From the NCBI GenBank assembly GCA_963717145.1, contig OY970325.1:2944001-3008000 (forward strand): DNA of 64,000 nt, in the 5' to 3' direction. Positions 29,717-40,420 of the stretch are shown one piece after another; positions within the stretch are counted from its first letter, which is position 1; each line of letters starts with the position of its first letter. The position numbers were made by a program, and so were the translations under genes. This DNA is from an uncultured Armatimonadetes bacterium (GTDB lineage Bacteria > Armatimonadota > UBA5829 > DTJY01). The notes beneath the pieces were generated by a model. That model saw only the letters and a list, made by a program, of their open reading frames with translations, was not told the DNA's origin and did not search any database.

Positions 29717-32355
29717 ATGAACGATTTTGCGAAGAGAATCTTAGAGAGCCAGGCGCTGGATGATGGACGGCTGGAAGTGCGCGCAGCCTCCTCACACCGA
29801 GGAAGAAGGCGGCTGCGGCGTCACCGGGTTCGCGTGCAGCATCCCGGTCAGCGGCAGGCACATCTACGAGCCGTCGGTGCAGATGCACAACCGCGGCAAC
29901 GGCAAGGGCGGCGGGATCGCGGCGGTCGGGCTCGATGCCGGAGCGACTGGGCGTATCGCGCGAGGTCCTGCGAGACGACTACCTCCTGCAGATCGCGCTT
30001 CTCGATCCCGTCTGCCGGAACGCGGTCGAGGCCGAGTTCATCAACCCGATGTTCGACATCGACCACGCGCAGATGATCGCCGCACATCGACGATTTCCAC
30101 GACATCGAGGGCCTGGAGGTCCAGCCCGCCGGACGTGATGCAGTATTTCGTCCGCGCGAAGCCGGATGCGCTCAAGACAGTTCGCCGACGAGCGCGGACT
30201 CGCCGGACTGCCGCAGCGGGACATCGAGGACGAGTTCGTCTACCAGAACACGTTCCAGCTCAACTCGAAGTACTACGCATCGCTCGGCGACAAGCAGGCG
30301 TTCGTGCTCTCGCAGGGACGGAACATGCTGATCCTCAAGATCGTCGGCTACGCCGAGCAGATCGTCCAGTACTACAAGCTCGAGGACTTCAAGGCGCACG
30401 TCTGGATCGCCCACCAGCGCTATCCGACGCGTGGCCGCGTCTGGCATCCCGGCGGCGCGCACCCGTTCTGCGGGCTGAACGAGGCGCTCGTCCACAACGG
30501 CGACTTCGCGAACTACTACTCGGTCACCGAGTATCTGGCGCAGCGCAATATCAAGCCGCTGTTCCTGACGGACACCGAGGTCTCGATCCTGGTGTTCGAC
30601 CTCTGGAACCGCGTCTACAAGTATCCGCTGGAGTACATCATCGAGGGCCTCGCGCCGACGACCGAGCGCGACTTCGACATGCTGCCCGACGGACAAGCAG
30701 GAGATCTACCGCCGGATCCAGGCGAGCCACATACACGCCTCGCCGGACGGCCCGTGGTTCTTCATCATCGCGCGAAACGACGCGGCGAACGACGCGTTCC
30801 AGCTCCTGGGCATCACGGACACCGCGATGCTCCGGCCTCAGGTCTTCGCGCTGCAGGACGGCGAGGTGCAGATCGGCCTCGTCTGCTCCGAGAAGCAGGC
30901 GATCGACGCCACGCTCGCGAGCCTGGCGAAGGAAGACAGCCGGTTCTGCACGGTCGCCGATGACTACTGGAACGCGCGCGGCGGCAGCTACACCGACGGC
31001 GGCGCGTTCATCTTCAACGTGAAGCCGAACGGCGATGGCGGCTACAAGCTCTCCTGCATGGACAAGTTTGGACGCGAGAAGACGGTGAAGGCGGGGGAAC
31101 GCCCCGAATGCAAAATGCAGATTGCAGAGTGCAGAATGCAGAATGCGACCGCCCAGCTTGCTGGCAGATGCGACCGGATTCGCGCTTGTTCGAGGCCGGT
31201 AAGTCGGCGGCATTGACGGCCCAGATGACGGGACTGGTGAGTCTCTGCTCCGAACTCGCCGCAGGTCCGCTGACGGACTCCGAGCGTACCGCCGCGATCA
31301 ACGGCCTGACGCTGATGATCGACCGCCGATATCCGACCGGCGAGACACCAAGCGCAGCACGATCCTCCAGTTGCTCAATGAGTGCCTGACGAGCCGTGCT
31401 CGACGGCGTGCCGTCGATCGCGGGCGAGCCGTCCTCGATGTATGCGCGGATCGACTGGGAGACCCGGGATGCGATCCGTGCCCCCGCCGGCCCTGAGGAA
31501 GTGCTCGTCGTGAACGCGCACGACTTCCCGCCCGAGGGTGATGACTGCGACGCCCGGCTCGTGGTCAAGGCCGACGACCTGGGCTGGAAGCGGTTCATCT
31601 GCCACGGCTACGTCGGGCAGAGGTTCCTCGGCTGCGGATTCGGCCCGGCGACGCACGATGTCACGATCGACGCCTACGGCAGCACCGGCGACTACCTGGC
31701 CTCGGGTCTCGACGGCGCGACGGTCATCGTCCACGGCAACGCTCAGGACCAGGTCGGCGCAGATTATCAAGGAAGGCCGGCTGGTGGTGCACGGCGATGT
31801 CGGCCAGACGTTCATGTACGGCGCGAAGGGCGGCAAGGTCTTCGTCAAGGGCAACGCCGCCGGACGGCCGCTGATCAACGGCGTGGGACGACCCAAGGCC
31901 GTCATCAACGGCACGTGCCTCGACTTCCTCGCGGAGTCGTTCATGGCCGGCGATCCGCTCACGGGCGGAGGGTTCGTCATCCTGAACGGCATCGGGTTCG
32001 ACGACGATGGCAACGTCGTCGACCTGGAGACGCCGTACTCGGGATCGAACCTGTTCTCGCTGGCGTCGGGCGGCGCGATCTACGTCCGCGACCCGCGCAA
32101 GCTGCTCGACAACGAGCAGCTGAACGGCGGCGAGTACCGCGAACTGACGGACGCGGACTGGAAGCTGATCAAGCCGTATCCTGGAGGAGAACGAGCAGCT
32201 TTTCGACATATCCGGTCTCGCGGCTGCTGACCGTCGACGGCGAACTCAGGGAGCCGGCGGAGGTCTACCGCAAGGTCGCCCCTGCCAGGCCGATAGTCGC
32301 GGTCGGCGGCCCTGCCGATGACGATGCGAACGTTGGTGAGGAATCGGATGACTAA
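29717..32355 (+). CDS. glutamate synthase amidotransferase (GltB1) + GXGXG beta-helix (GltB3) fusion (multiple frameshifts)
   Basis: EEGGCGVTG (Ntn Cys), MHNRGNGKGGG, IAHQRYPT, GAHPF, LVHNGD, TDTEV; C-terminal GQRFLGCG, GDYLASG, GDVGQTFMYGAKGG, AESFMAG. Confidence 0.8.
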
Positions 32356-32918
32356 GACAGATCACCATCGAGAAGATAGACAACAGCCTGCTGCAGGGAA
32401 CTCGACCCGGAGGGCAGGCTGAACCTGACGCTCGTGCCTGCAGTGCGGGCGATGCTCGTCCGGCTGCACCATGCGCCAGGAGACGGACATCCTCCCGCAT
32501 CAGCTCAACCGCATGGCGGCGCTCGGGATGAAGGATGAGCTGCTCGCGAGCAAGGCGATCTGGACGTGCGTATCGTGCCACACGTGCGTCTCGCGCTGCC
32601 CGATGCAGGTCGATACGCCCGCGCTGTCGACAAGCTGCGCGACGATGGCCGTGTCCGCGCCGGCGCAGACCTTGAGCGAGTGCGCATCTTCAACGAGGTG
32701 ATGCTCGGCTCGGTCGGCAGCTTCGGCCGAGTCTACGAGTTCGGGCTGATGGCGGCCTACAAGCTGCGGACGCGCGACTTCTTCAGCGATCTGGCGAAGT
32801 TCCCGACGATGCTGCTGAAGGGCAAGATGAAGCTCTTCCCGCCGTCGACTTGCGGGACGCAAGGCGCGTGGCGGCGATATTCGAGCAATGCCGGAACGCA
32901 CGGAGGGCAGAGAAATGA
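32348..32918 (+). CDS. hdrC: heterodisulfide reductase subunit C (frameshifted; end approximate)
   Basis: CLQCGRCSSGC...PHQLNRMAALG...IWTCVSCHTCVSRCP. Confidence 0.8.
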
Positions 32919-33794
32919 AGATACTCTTTCTTCCCGGGCTGCTCGCTGGATTCGACTGCCGCGGACTTCCAGATGTCCACACTGGCAGTCGCGAAGGCGC
33001 TGGGAATCGAGCTGGAAGAGATACCCGGACTGGACCTGCTGCGGCTCGACTCCCGCGCACGCGACCGATGCGCTGCTGGCGGCGTCGCTTCCGGCTCGCA
33101 ACCTGGCGATTGCCGAGGAAGCTGGGACAGGATGTGGTCGTCTGCTGCGCGGCGTGCTACGGCACGGCTCGCAGCGGCGAACCTGGCGATCAGCAGAAGA
33201 TGCAGACCTGCGAGCGGAAGTCGCCGAGACGATCGGCCGCGAGTACGCGGGCGGCGTGAAGGTGCGGCATTTCCTGCAGGTGCTGCTCGAGGATATCGGG
33301 CTCGCGGAGATCAAGGATCTGGTCACGCGCAGTCTCGGCGGGCTGAAGGTCGCATGCTACTACGGCTGCCTGCTCACTCGTCCGAAAGAGCTGAGCATCG
33401 TCGACGATCCCGAGGACCCGCAGTTGATGGAGAGACCTGCTGACGGCCGCAGGCGCGGAAGCCATCGAGTGGCCGTTACAAGACCGAGTGCTGCGGCGCG
33501 AGTTTCTCGATCACGCGAACGGACACCGTAAAGCGCCTGTGCGGCGAGATTCTGCGGATGGCGAAGGAGAGCGGCGCGGACTGCATCGCGGTCGCCTGCC
33601 CGCTCTGCCAGACGAACCTCGACCTGCGGCAGGCGGATATCGAGAAGGCGACCGGCGAGACGTTCGGGCTGCCGGTGTTCTATTTCACCCAGCTCCTGGG
33701 GCACGCGTTCGGCCTGTCCGACGAGGAGTTGGGAATCGGGAAGCTGATGACCGAACCCGTGCGAAGGTGTTGGCGAGGTAGAGTACGAGTATGA
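32915..33794 (+). CDS. hdrB: heterodisulfide reductase subunit B (frameshifted)
   Basis: FFPGCSL, DWTCCG, CAACY, KVACYYGCLL, ECCG, VACPLCQTNLDLRQ, PVFYFTQLLG. Confidence 0.85.
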
Positions 33795-36700
33795 GTACGA
33801 GTCAAGAGCACAATTGGCGCTGTGATGGTGTGTGGCGGAGGGATCGCCGGGATACAGTCGGCGCTCGACCTCGCCAACTCGGGGTTCAAGGTCTATCTCG
33901 TCGAGAAGTCGCCGACGATCGGCGGCAAGATGGCACAGCTCGACAAGACCTTCCCCACCGGCGACTGCGCCACGTGTATCATTTCGCCGAAGCTCGTCGA
34001 GTGCACGCGCAACCTGAACATCGAGATCCTCACTCAGTCACAGATCGAGGAGATGGAGGGCGAGCCGGGCGACTTCCGCGTGAAGATCCGTCAGAAGGCC
34101 CGATTCGTCGACATCAAGAAGTGCAACGCGTGCGGCGACTGCGAGAAGGTCTGCCCGGTGATGGTGCCCGACGACTTCAACCGCGGGCTGAGCAAGACTA
34201 CGGCGATCCACAAGATCACCGCGCAGGCGGTCCCGAACGCTCACGTCATCGACAAGCGCAAGCGTCCCCCGTGCGTTTCGGCCTGTCCGATGGGCCAGAA
34301 CGCTCAGGCATATATCGCTCTGATCGCGAAGGGCAAGTTCGCTGAGGCGGCGGAGATCATCCGCAAGGACAATCCCCTGCCCCTCATCTGCGGCTACGTC
34401 TGCCATCGCCCGTGCGAGGCCGAATGCCAGCAGGGACGATACGGCGATCCGGTCTCGATCCGCGAGTTGAAGAAGTTCGCGCTCGATCAGGCGGGACCCT
34501 CTCCCTCATCCGTAGGGGAGGCCTTCAACGGCCTCCCGGCCGGGAGGCCGTTGAAGGCCTCCCCTACGGATGAGGGAGAGGGTGCACGGCAGGAGAAGGT
34601 CGCGATCATCGGCTGTGGTCCCGCAGGGCTGGGCGCGGCGGACTACCTTGCCCGAAAGGGATACGGCGTCACGATCCTCGAGGCGCTTCCGGTCCCGGGC
34701 GGCATGATGCGCGCCGGCATCCCCGATTTCCGACTACCGCGACAGGTGCTCGACAACCAGGTGAACCGCATCCTCGACCTCGGCGTCGAGGTGAAGTACG
34801 AGACGCCCGTCGGACCCGGCCTGACCCTGGACGATCTGCTCAAGAACTACAAGGCGGTCTTCGTCGGAGTCGGCGCACAGAAGAGCTCCGGGCTCGGGAT
34901 CGACGGCGAGGATCTCAAGGGCGTTCGTTCGGGCATCGATTTCATCAAGCAGGTGAACCTGGGCGAGCAGGTCGAGATCGGCAACAGAGTAGCCGTCATC
35001 GGAGCGGGCAATGCGGCGATGGATATCGCCCGCACCGCCCTGCGACTCGGCGCGAAAGAAGTCACCATCGTCTACCGCCGAACCAAGCGCGAGATGCCCG
35101 CCGACCCGGTGGAGGTCGAGGACGCAATCGCCGAGGGCGTGAAGTTCGTGTTCCTCACAAACCCAAAGGCGTTCCTTGGCCACGAACGGTACGCTAATCG
35201 CCATCGAATGCCAGAAGATGAAGCTTTCTGACGAGCACGACGCGTCCGGTCGCAGAAGGCCGGTACCGATCGAGGGCTCGGAGCATGCACTCCAGTTCGA
35301 CGAAGCCATCATTGCCACAGGTCAGACGCCCGACCTCGGATTCTGCGAAGGCACTGACATCGAGCTTAACAAGTGGGGACTGCTGAAGGTCGATCCGATC
35401 ACTCTGGCCACGAACAAGCCGGGCGTATTCGCGGGCGGCGACGTGTGCGCGGGTGCCGGAACCTTGAGCGAGGCGGTCGGCGCGGGAATCCGTGCTGCCG
35501 TATCCATTGACAAGTTTATCAACGGCGAAGACATCGCCGAGGGGCGCGACCCCGATTCGCGCATCTGGTCCGACGACGATCATCGCGAGTTGGAGAGAGC
35601 GCATTCCCGCGAGAAGCGTCTCAAGAGCAAGCGCATACCACCATCATCCGTAGGGGAGGCCTTCAACGGCCTCCCGGCCGGGAGGCCGTTGAAGGCCTCC
35701 CCTACGGATGTGGTTGGCGGCTACTCGGTGGAGGACGCAATCCTGGAGGCCGAGCGATGCCTCGCATGCGGAATCTGCTGCGAGTGCATGGAGTGCGTCA
35801 AGGCCTGCCAGCCGAAGGCGATCGACCACGAGATGAAGGACACCGTCCGCGAGATCGAGGTCGGCGCGGTCATCCTCTCACCGGGTTACGAGGAGTTCGA
35901 CGCCCGGCTGCGCGGTGAGTTCGGCTTCGGGCGATACCCCAACGTCGTCACCAACGTGCAGTTCGAGCGAATGCTCTCGGCCAGCGGTCCGTTCGGCGGG
36001 CATGTGATCAGGCCGTCCGACGGCGGGGAGCCGAAGCGAATCGCCTTCATCCAGTGCGTCGGCTCGCGCGATACGTCGACCGAGAAGCCGTATTGCTCGT
36101 CGGTCTGCTGCATGGCCGCGATCAAGGAATCGGTCGTGGCGAAGAGCCATTCGCCGGAACTCGATGCGACGATCTTCTACACCGACATCCGCGCGTTCGG
36201 CAAGGATTTCGACCGCTACTACGAGCGCGCGAAGACCGAGGGCGTGCAGTTCGAGCGGAGCATGGTCTCCCGCGTCGTCGAGATGCCGGGCTCGAAGATC
36301 CTGCAGGCTCTCCTACATCAAGGACGGAGAGCCCGTGGACGAGGAGTTCGACATCGTGGTGCTCTCGACCGGCATTCGGCCCAGCGAGGAAGCGATCCGG
36401 ACCGCAGGCGCGGTCGGCGTCGAGCTGAACGAGTGCGGTTTCTGCCGGACGAGACGGCACTACGGCGACATCGACGCGATGGCGTCTTCGTCGCGGGAGC
36501 GTTCCAGGAGCCGAAGGACATCCCCGAGACCGTCACCCAGGCGAGCGCGGCGGCGGCGATGGCGATGGAGCTGCTTGCCCCGGCTCGCGGCACGATGGTC
36601 GCCGAGAAGAACTACCCGCGCGAGCACGATTTCACCGACGCGCCGCCGCGAATCGGCGTGTTCATCTGCCACTGCGGGATCAACATCGCGTCCGTCGTCG

Positions 36701-38305
36701 ATGTCGAGAAGGTCGTCGAGGCGGCGAAGGGCATGCCGTTCGTCGCCTATGCGGAGAACGCGATCTACGCCTGCGCGGACAACACGCAGGACCGCATCAA
36801 GGAACTGATCAAGGAGCACCATCTGAACCGGCTGATCGTGGCGTCCTGCACGCCGCGCACCCACGAGGCGCTCTTCCGCGACACGGCGCGCGAGTGCGGC
36901 CTGAACCCGTTCCTCGTCGACATGGCCAACATCCGCGACCAATGTTCGTGGGTCCACTCGGCCGATCACGAGGCCGCGACCGAGAAGTCGATCGACCTCG
37001 TGCGGATGGCGGTCGGGCGCTCGGCGAGGCTGATCGTCGCTCACCAGCGAGGAGCTGCCGGTCACGCAGTCGGCGCTGGTCCTCGGCGGCGGCCCGAGCG
37101 GGATGACCGCCGCGCTTTCGCTCGCGAACCAGGGCTTCCGCGTGCATCTGGTCGAGAAGACCGACGCGCTTGGCGGACGTCTGAAGGCTCCGCGGAGACG
37201 GATCTGCTCGACCGGCTCGTGACGATGGTCGCAGAACCATCCGCTTATCTCGACGTATCTTTCGTCGAAGCTCGACACGCTCACGGGCCACGTCGGGCAA
37301 CTTCACGAGCGAGGTAGAGACGCCCGATGGACCGAAGAAGGTCGAGCACGGCGTGCTCATAGTCGCAATCGGCGGCACGGAGTACAAGCCGACTGAGTAT
37401 CTCTACGGCAAGGACGCGCGGGTCGTGACTCAGCGCGAGCTCGAGAAGAAGCTCGCGTCGGGCGATCTCAACCTGCGGCGACGAGCCGACGGTCGCGATG
37501 ATCCAGTGCGTCGGGTCGCGGAACGAGGAGCGGCCGTTCTGCAGCCGGTCGTGCTGCACGGACGCGGTCAAGAACGCGATCCGCATCAAGGAACTAGGCC
37601 CGGACGCGGTGGTGGTGCTCTATCGCGACATGCGGACCTACGGCTCGAACGAGCTGCTCTACCAGAAGGCGCGCGAGATGGGCGTGCTCTTCGTGAGATA
37701 CGATCCCGAGCAGCCCGCCGAGGTCTCGAACGACGAGATCGCTTCGGATCAAGTTCACCGAGCCTGACCTGAACGTCCCGATCGATCTCGCGCTCGACCT
37801 GCTCGTTCTCTCGACCGGCATGTCGCCCGCGACCGATAACGTGGAGGTCTCGGAGCTGGCGAAGATCCCGATCAACGCCGACGGGTTCTTCCTCGAGGCG
37901 CACGTGAAGCTGCGGCCCGGTGGACTTCGCGTCGGAGGGCATCTTCCTGTGCGGGAGCGCGCACTCGCCGAAGACGACGATGGAGAACATCCAGCAGGGG
38001 CGAGCGGCGGCCGGCCGCGCGGCGACGATCCTGAGCAAGAAGACGATGGTGGTCGGCGGCCAGGTGAGCCACGTGGACGTTCGCAAGTGCGTGTCGTGCC
38101 TGACCTGCGTGAAGGTCTGCCCGTACGACGCGCCGGAAGTGAGCGAGTCGAACGGCAAGAACCGCGTGGAGATCAGGCGGCGAAGTGCATGGGCTGCGGA
38201 AGCTGTGCGTCGGCGTGCCCGGCGAAGGCGATCCAGCTCCAGCACTTCACGGACAAGCAGGTCGAGGCGGCGATCGAAGCGCTTCTCGAAGCGGTAACAC
38301 GCTAA
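33791..38305 (+). CDS. hdrA: large HdrA-like flavoprotein (duplicated HdrA modules with an inserted GltD-like NAD(P)H domain; frameshifted)
   Basis: GGGIAGIQSALDLA, LDKTFPTGDCATCI; GltD-like PCVSACP, NPLPLICGYVCHRPCE, GCGPAG, GIPDFRLP, GAGNAAMD; then IQCVGSRD..YCSSVCC, ASCTPRTHE, NIRDQCSWVH and a second IQCVGSR. Confidence 0.85.
34496..34583. repeat. nested perfect palindrome (GTAG REP within CCCTCTCCC/GGGAGAGGG arms) inside hdrA
   Basis: 88-bp palindrome encoding PSPSSVGEAFNGLPAGRPLKASPTDEGEG. Confidence 0.92.
35645..35710. repeat. GTAG REP-like palindrome inside hdrA (second copy)
   Basis: 66-bp core identical to the copy within 34496-34583; encodes SVGEAFNGLPAGRPLKASPTD. Confidence 0.92.
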
Positions 38306-38408
38306 CCGAAATGTCCCCCTTACGAAGGGGGACCGGCCTCTGGGCCGAGGGGGTTTTCCGACTCCCGACTGATAACTGATAACTGATTACTGAAGACTGG
38401 TTTCCCAA

Positions 38409-38829
38409 ATGACTGATTTCGAACCGAAAATCCTTGCTCTCTGCTGCCATTACTGCGCATATGCCGCCGCGGACCTCGCCGGCTCGATGCGCCTGCAGTA
38501 TCCCGCCGAATGTGCGCGTCCTGCGGCTGCCGTGCACGGGGAAGGTCGACGTGGACTACCTCATGAAGGCATTCGAGCAGGGCGTGGACGGCGTGATCGT
38601 CGCCGGGTGCCTCGAGGGCGGCTGCCACTTCCAGGAGGGCAACCTCTACGCCCGAAAGCGCGTCGGCCTCGCGAAGGATGTCCTCGCGGAAGCCGGCATC
38701 GAGGGCGAGAGACTGGAGATGTTCAACCTCTCCTCCGCCGAGGGCAACCGTTTCGCCGAGATCGTACAACAAATGACCGAAAGGATCAAGGAGTTGGGAC
38801 CGAACCCGATCAGGGGTTGTGGGGTGTAG
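38409..38829 (+). CDS. mvhD: MvhD [2Fe-2S] subunit (one frameshift near 38508)
   Basis: FEPKILALCCHYCAYAAADLAG...RLPCTGKVD...GCLEGGCHFQEGN...LGPNP. Confidence 0.9.
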
Positions 38830-38880
38830 GTTATGGGTTGTGGGTTTTGGGTTATGGGTTTTGGGTTCTAGGTTTTGGGT
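38829..38880. repeat. heptamer array (GGGTTAT-type), left arm flanking four-helix-bundle gene
   Basis: ggttatgggttgtgggttttgggttatgggttttgggttctaggttttggg. Confidence 0.9.
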
Positions 38881-38919
38881 GTCGGGTTGGGGGTTAACGG
38901 TTTTCAGGGAGGGATTCGT

Positions 38920-39378
38920 TTGGCGAAGTTGAATTCGTTCCGCGATTTGAACGTCTATCAGGAACTCAAGAAGTTGCACCTGATTGTACATGAGATCACC
39001 CTTGGCTTCCCCAAGTTCGAGACATATGAGCTTGGTTCGCAGCTCAGGCGATCGTCGAACTCTGCCCCTGCCATTGTCGCCGAAGGATGGGGCAGCAGGC
39101 ACACCAACATCTACATTGAGGCCGTCGATCGTGCTATTGGTGAGGTGAGAGAAACCCAGCACCACCTGGATGTCGCATGTGATAAGGGTTATCTGGACAC
39201 CCGGCGCTTTCAGGACCTGGACGCGGAATATGAAGGCTGCAATCGAATGCTTGAGTCGCTGCACCAGTCACTGAGCCAGTGGAAGGGCAGCACACGGACC
39301 GGCAATATGATCCGTGAAGAACCTGCCGTCTATGAAGTCGGAGACCCGAACCCAGAACCCATAACCCAAAACCCATAA
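38920..39378 (+). CDS. four helix bundle protein (23S rRNA IVP / Avd-like family)
   Basis: SFRDLNVYQ...FPKFETYELGSQLRRSSNSAPAIVAEG...GEVRETQHHL...GYL; TTG start after GGGAGG. Confidence 0.9.
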   Translation: MAKLNSFRDLNVYQELKKLHLIVHEITLGFPKFETYELGSQLRRSSNSAPAIVAEGWGSRHTNIYIEAVDRAIGEVRETQHHLDVACDKGYLDTRRFQDLDAEYEGCNRMLESLHQSLSQWKGSTRTGNMIREEPAVYEVGDPNPEPITQNP

Positions 39379-39437
39379 CCCAAACCCATAACCCAGAACC
39401 CGTAACCCAGAACCCATAACCCATAACCCGTAACCCT
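39344..39437. repeat. heptamer array (ATAACCC-type), right arm, inverse of 38829-38880
   Basis: acccagaacccataacccaaaacccataacc..., about 13 units. Confidence 0.9.
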
Positions 39438-39451
39438 CTGGAGGAATCGCC

Positions 39452-40132
39452 ATGATCGTTGCTCATCGCAAACACATACAGGACTTGAAGGCCATGCTGG
39501 CTGAGTATCCGCGCGTGCTCGTGCTCGGATGCGGCACGTGCGTCACCGTCTGCCTCGCAGGCGGGGAGCGCGAGGTCGGGATGATCAGTTCCGCGCTTCG
39601 AATCGCCAACAAGATGGATAAGGGCGCGTCGGAACAGAGTGTCGTCGAGGCCACGATCGAGCGCCAGTGCGAGAACCAGTTCATCGAGGACGCGCTCGAC
39701 GAGATCCTCGCAGCCGATGCGGTGCTCTCGCTCGCATGTGGCGCGGGCGTCCAGGCGATCGCGGAGCGGTTCCCGAACAAGCCGGTCTACGCCGGGCTCG
39801 ACACCAAGTTCATCGGAATCCTCCAGGAGCAGGGCATCTGGACCGAGAAGTGCGTCGGATGCGGGAAGTGCGTGCTCGGAAGCTACGGCGCGGTCTGCCC
39901 GATCACCCGCTGCTCGAAGGCGCAGCTCAGCGGTCCGTGCGGAGGCGCTCGTGACGGCAAGTGCGAGGTCGCGGAGGACATGGACTGCGCCTGGCAGCTC
40001 ATCTACGACCGACTGAAAGCGCTCGGCCAGCTCGACCGCCTCGCCGAGCCCGCTCCCCTCGCGGATTGGTCGAAGTCCCACGAAGGCGGCGCGCGCAAGA
40101 TCGTCCGCGAAGACCAGCGGATCGGGAAGTAG
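39452..40132 (+). CDS. metV: MetV (MTHFR C-terminal domain, Fe-S/Zn subunit)
   Basis: MIVA...GCGTCVTVCLAGGEREV, ERQCE, LACGAGVQ, CVGCGKCVL...CPITRCSK...GPCGG...CEV...CAWQLIYDRL. Confidence 0.88.
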   Translation: MIVAHRKHIQDLKAMLAEYPRVLVLGCGTCVTVCLAGGEREVGMISSALRIANKMDKGASEQSVVEATIERQCENQFIEDALDEILAADAVLSLACGAGVQAIAERFPNKPVYAGLDTKFIGILQEQGIWTEKCVGCGKCVLGSYGAVCPITRCSKAQLSGPCGGARDGKCEVAEDMDCAWQLIYDRLKALGQLDRLAEPAPLADWSKSHEGGARKIVREDQRIGK

Positions 40133-40325
40133 TCAGTCTTCAGTTATCAGTCATCAGTGAAGACCCCGGACGATACGTTCGGGACAGACCAAGCGATATT
40201 CGGGATGGAGTTGTACTCCATCCCGTTTTGCTTGTTTGCCGATGCCTCGGCCTCCCGTCTCTCACAGCCCCCTGCCGGCGTCGTGTTCTCCGATCACACA
40301 AGACGTGCGCCATACCGCTCGGTGA

Positions 40326-40354
40326 TTGACTCAATGCTTACTATATGTTACGCT
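40326..40354 (+). promoter_or_regulatory. putative sigma70 promoter
   Basis: TTGACT-17 nt-TACGCT with TG extension. Confidence 0.4.
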
Positions 40355-40420
40355 TAGGTGTCCGGCAACAACTCCGCCGTACTACTAAGGCAGACTCCAG
40401 CCGGGAAGAGGTCCCCAGCC

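Noticed and set aside
26250-38510. Programmed frameshifting or wholesale pseudogenisation of the glt-hdr cluster
   Set aside because: Indels are numerous and irregular, with no consistent slippery motif, while motifs are intact. Sequencing error is the simplest explanation, though reads are needed.
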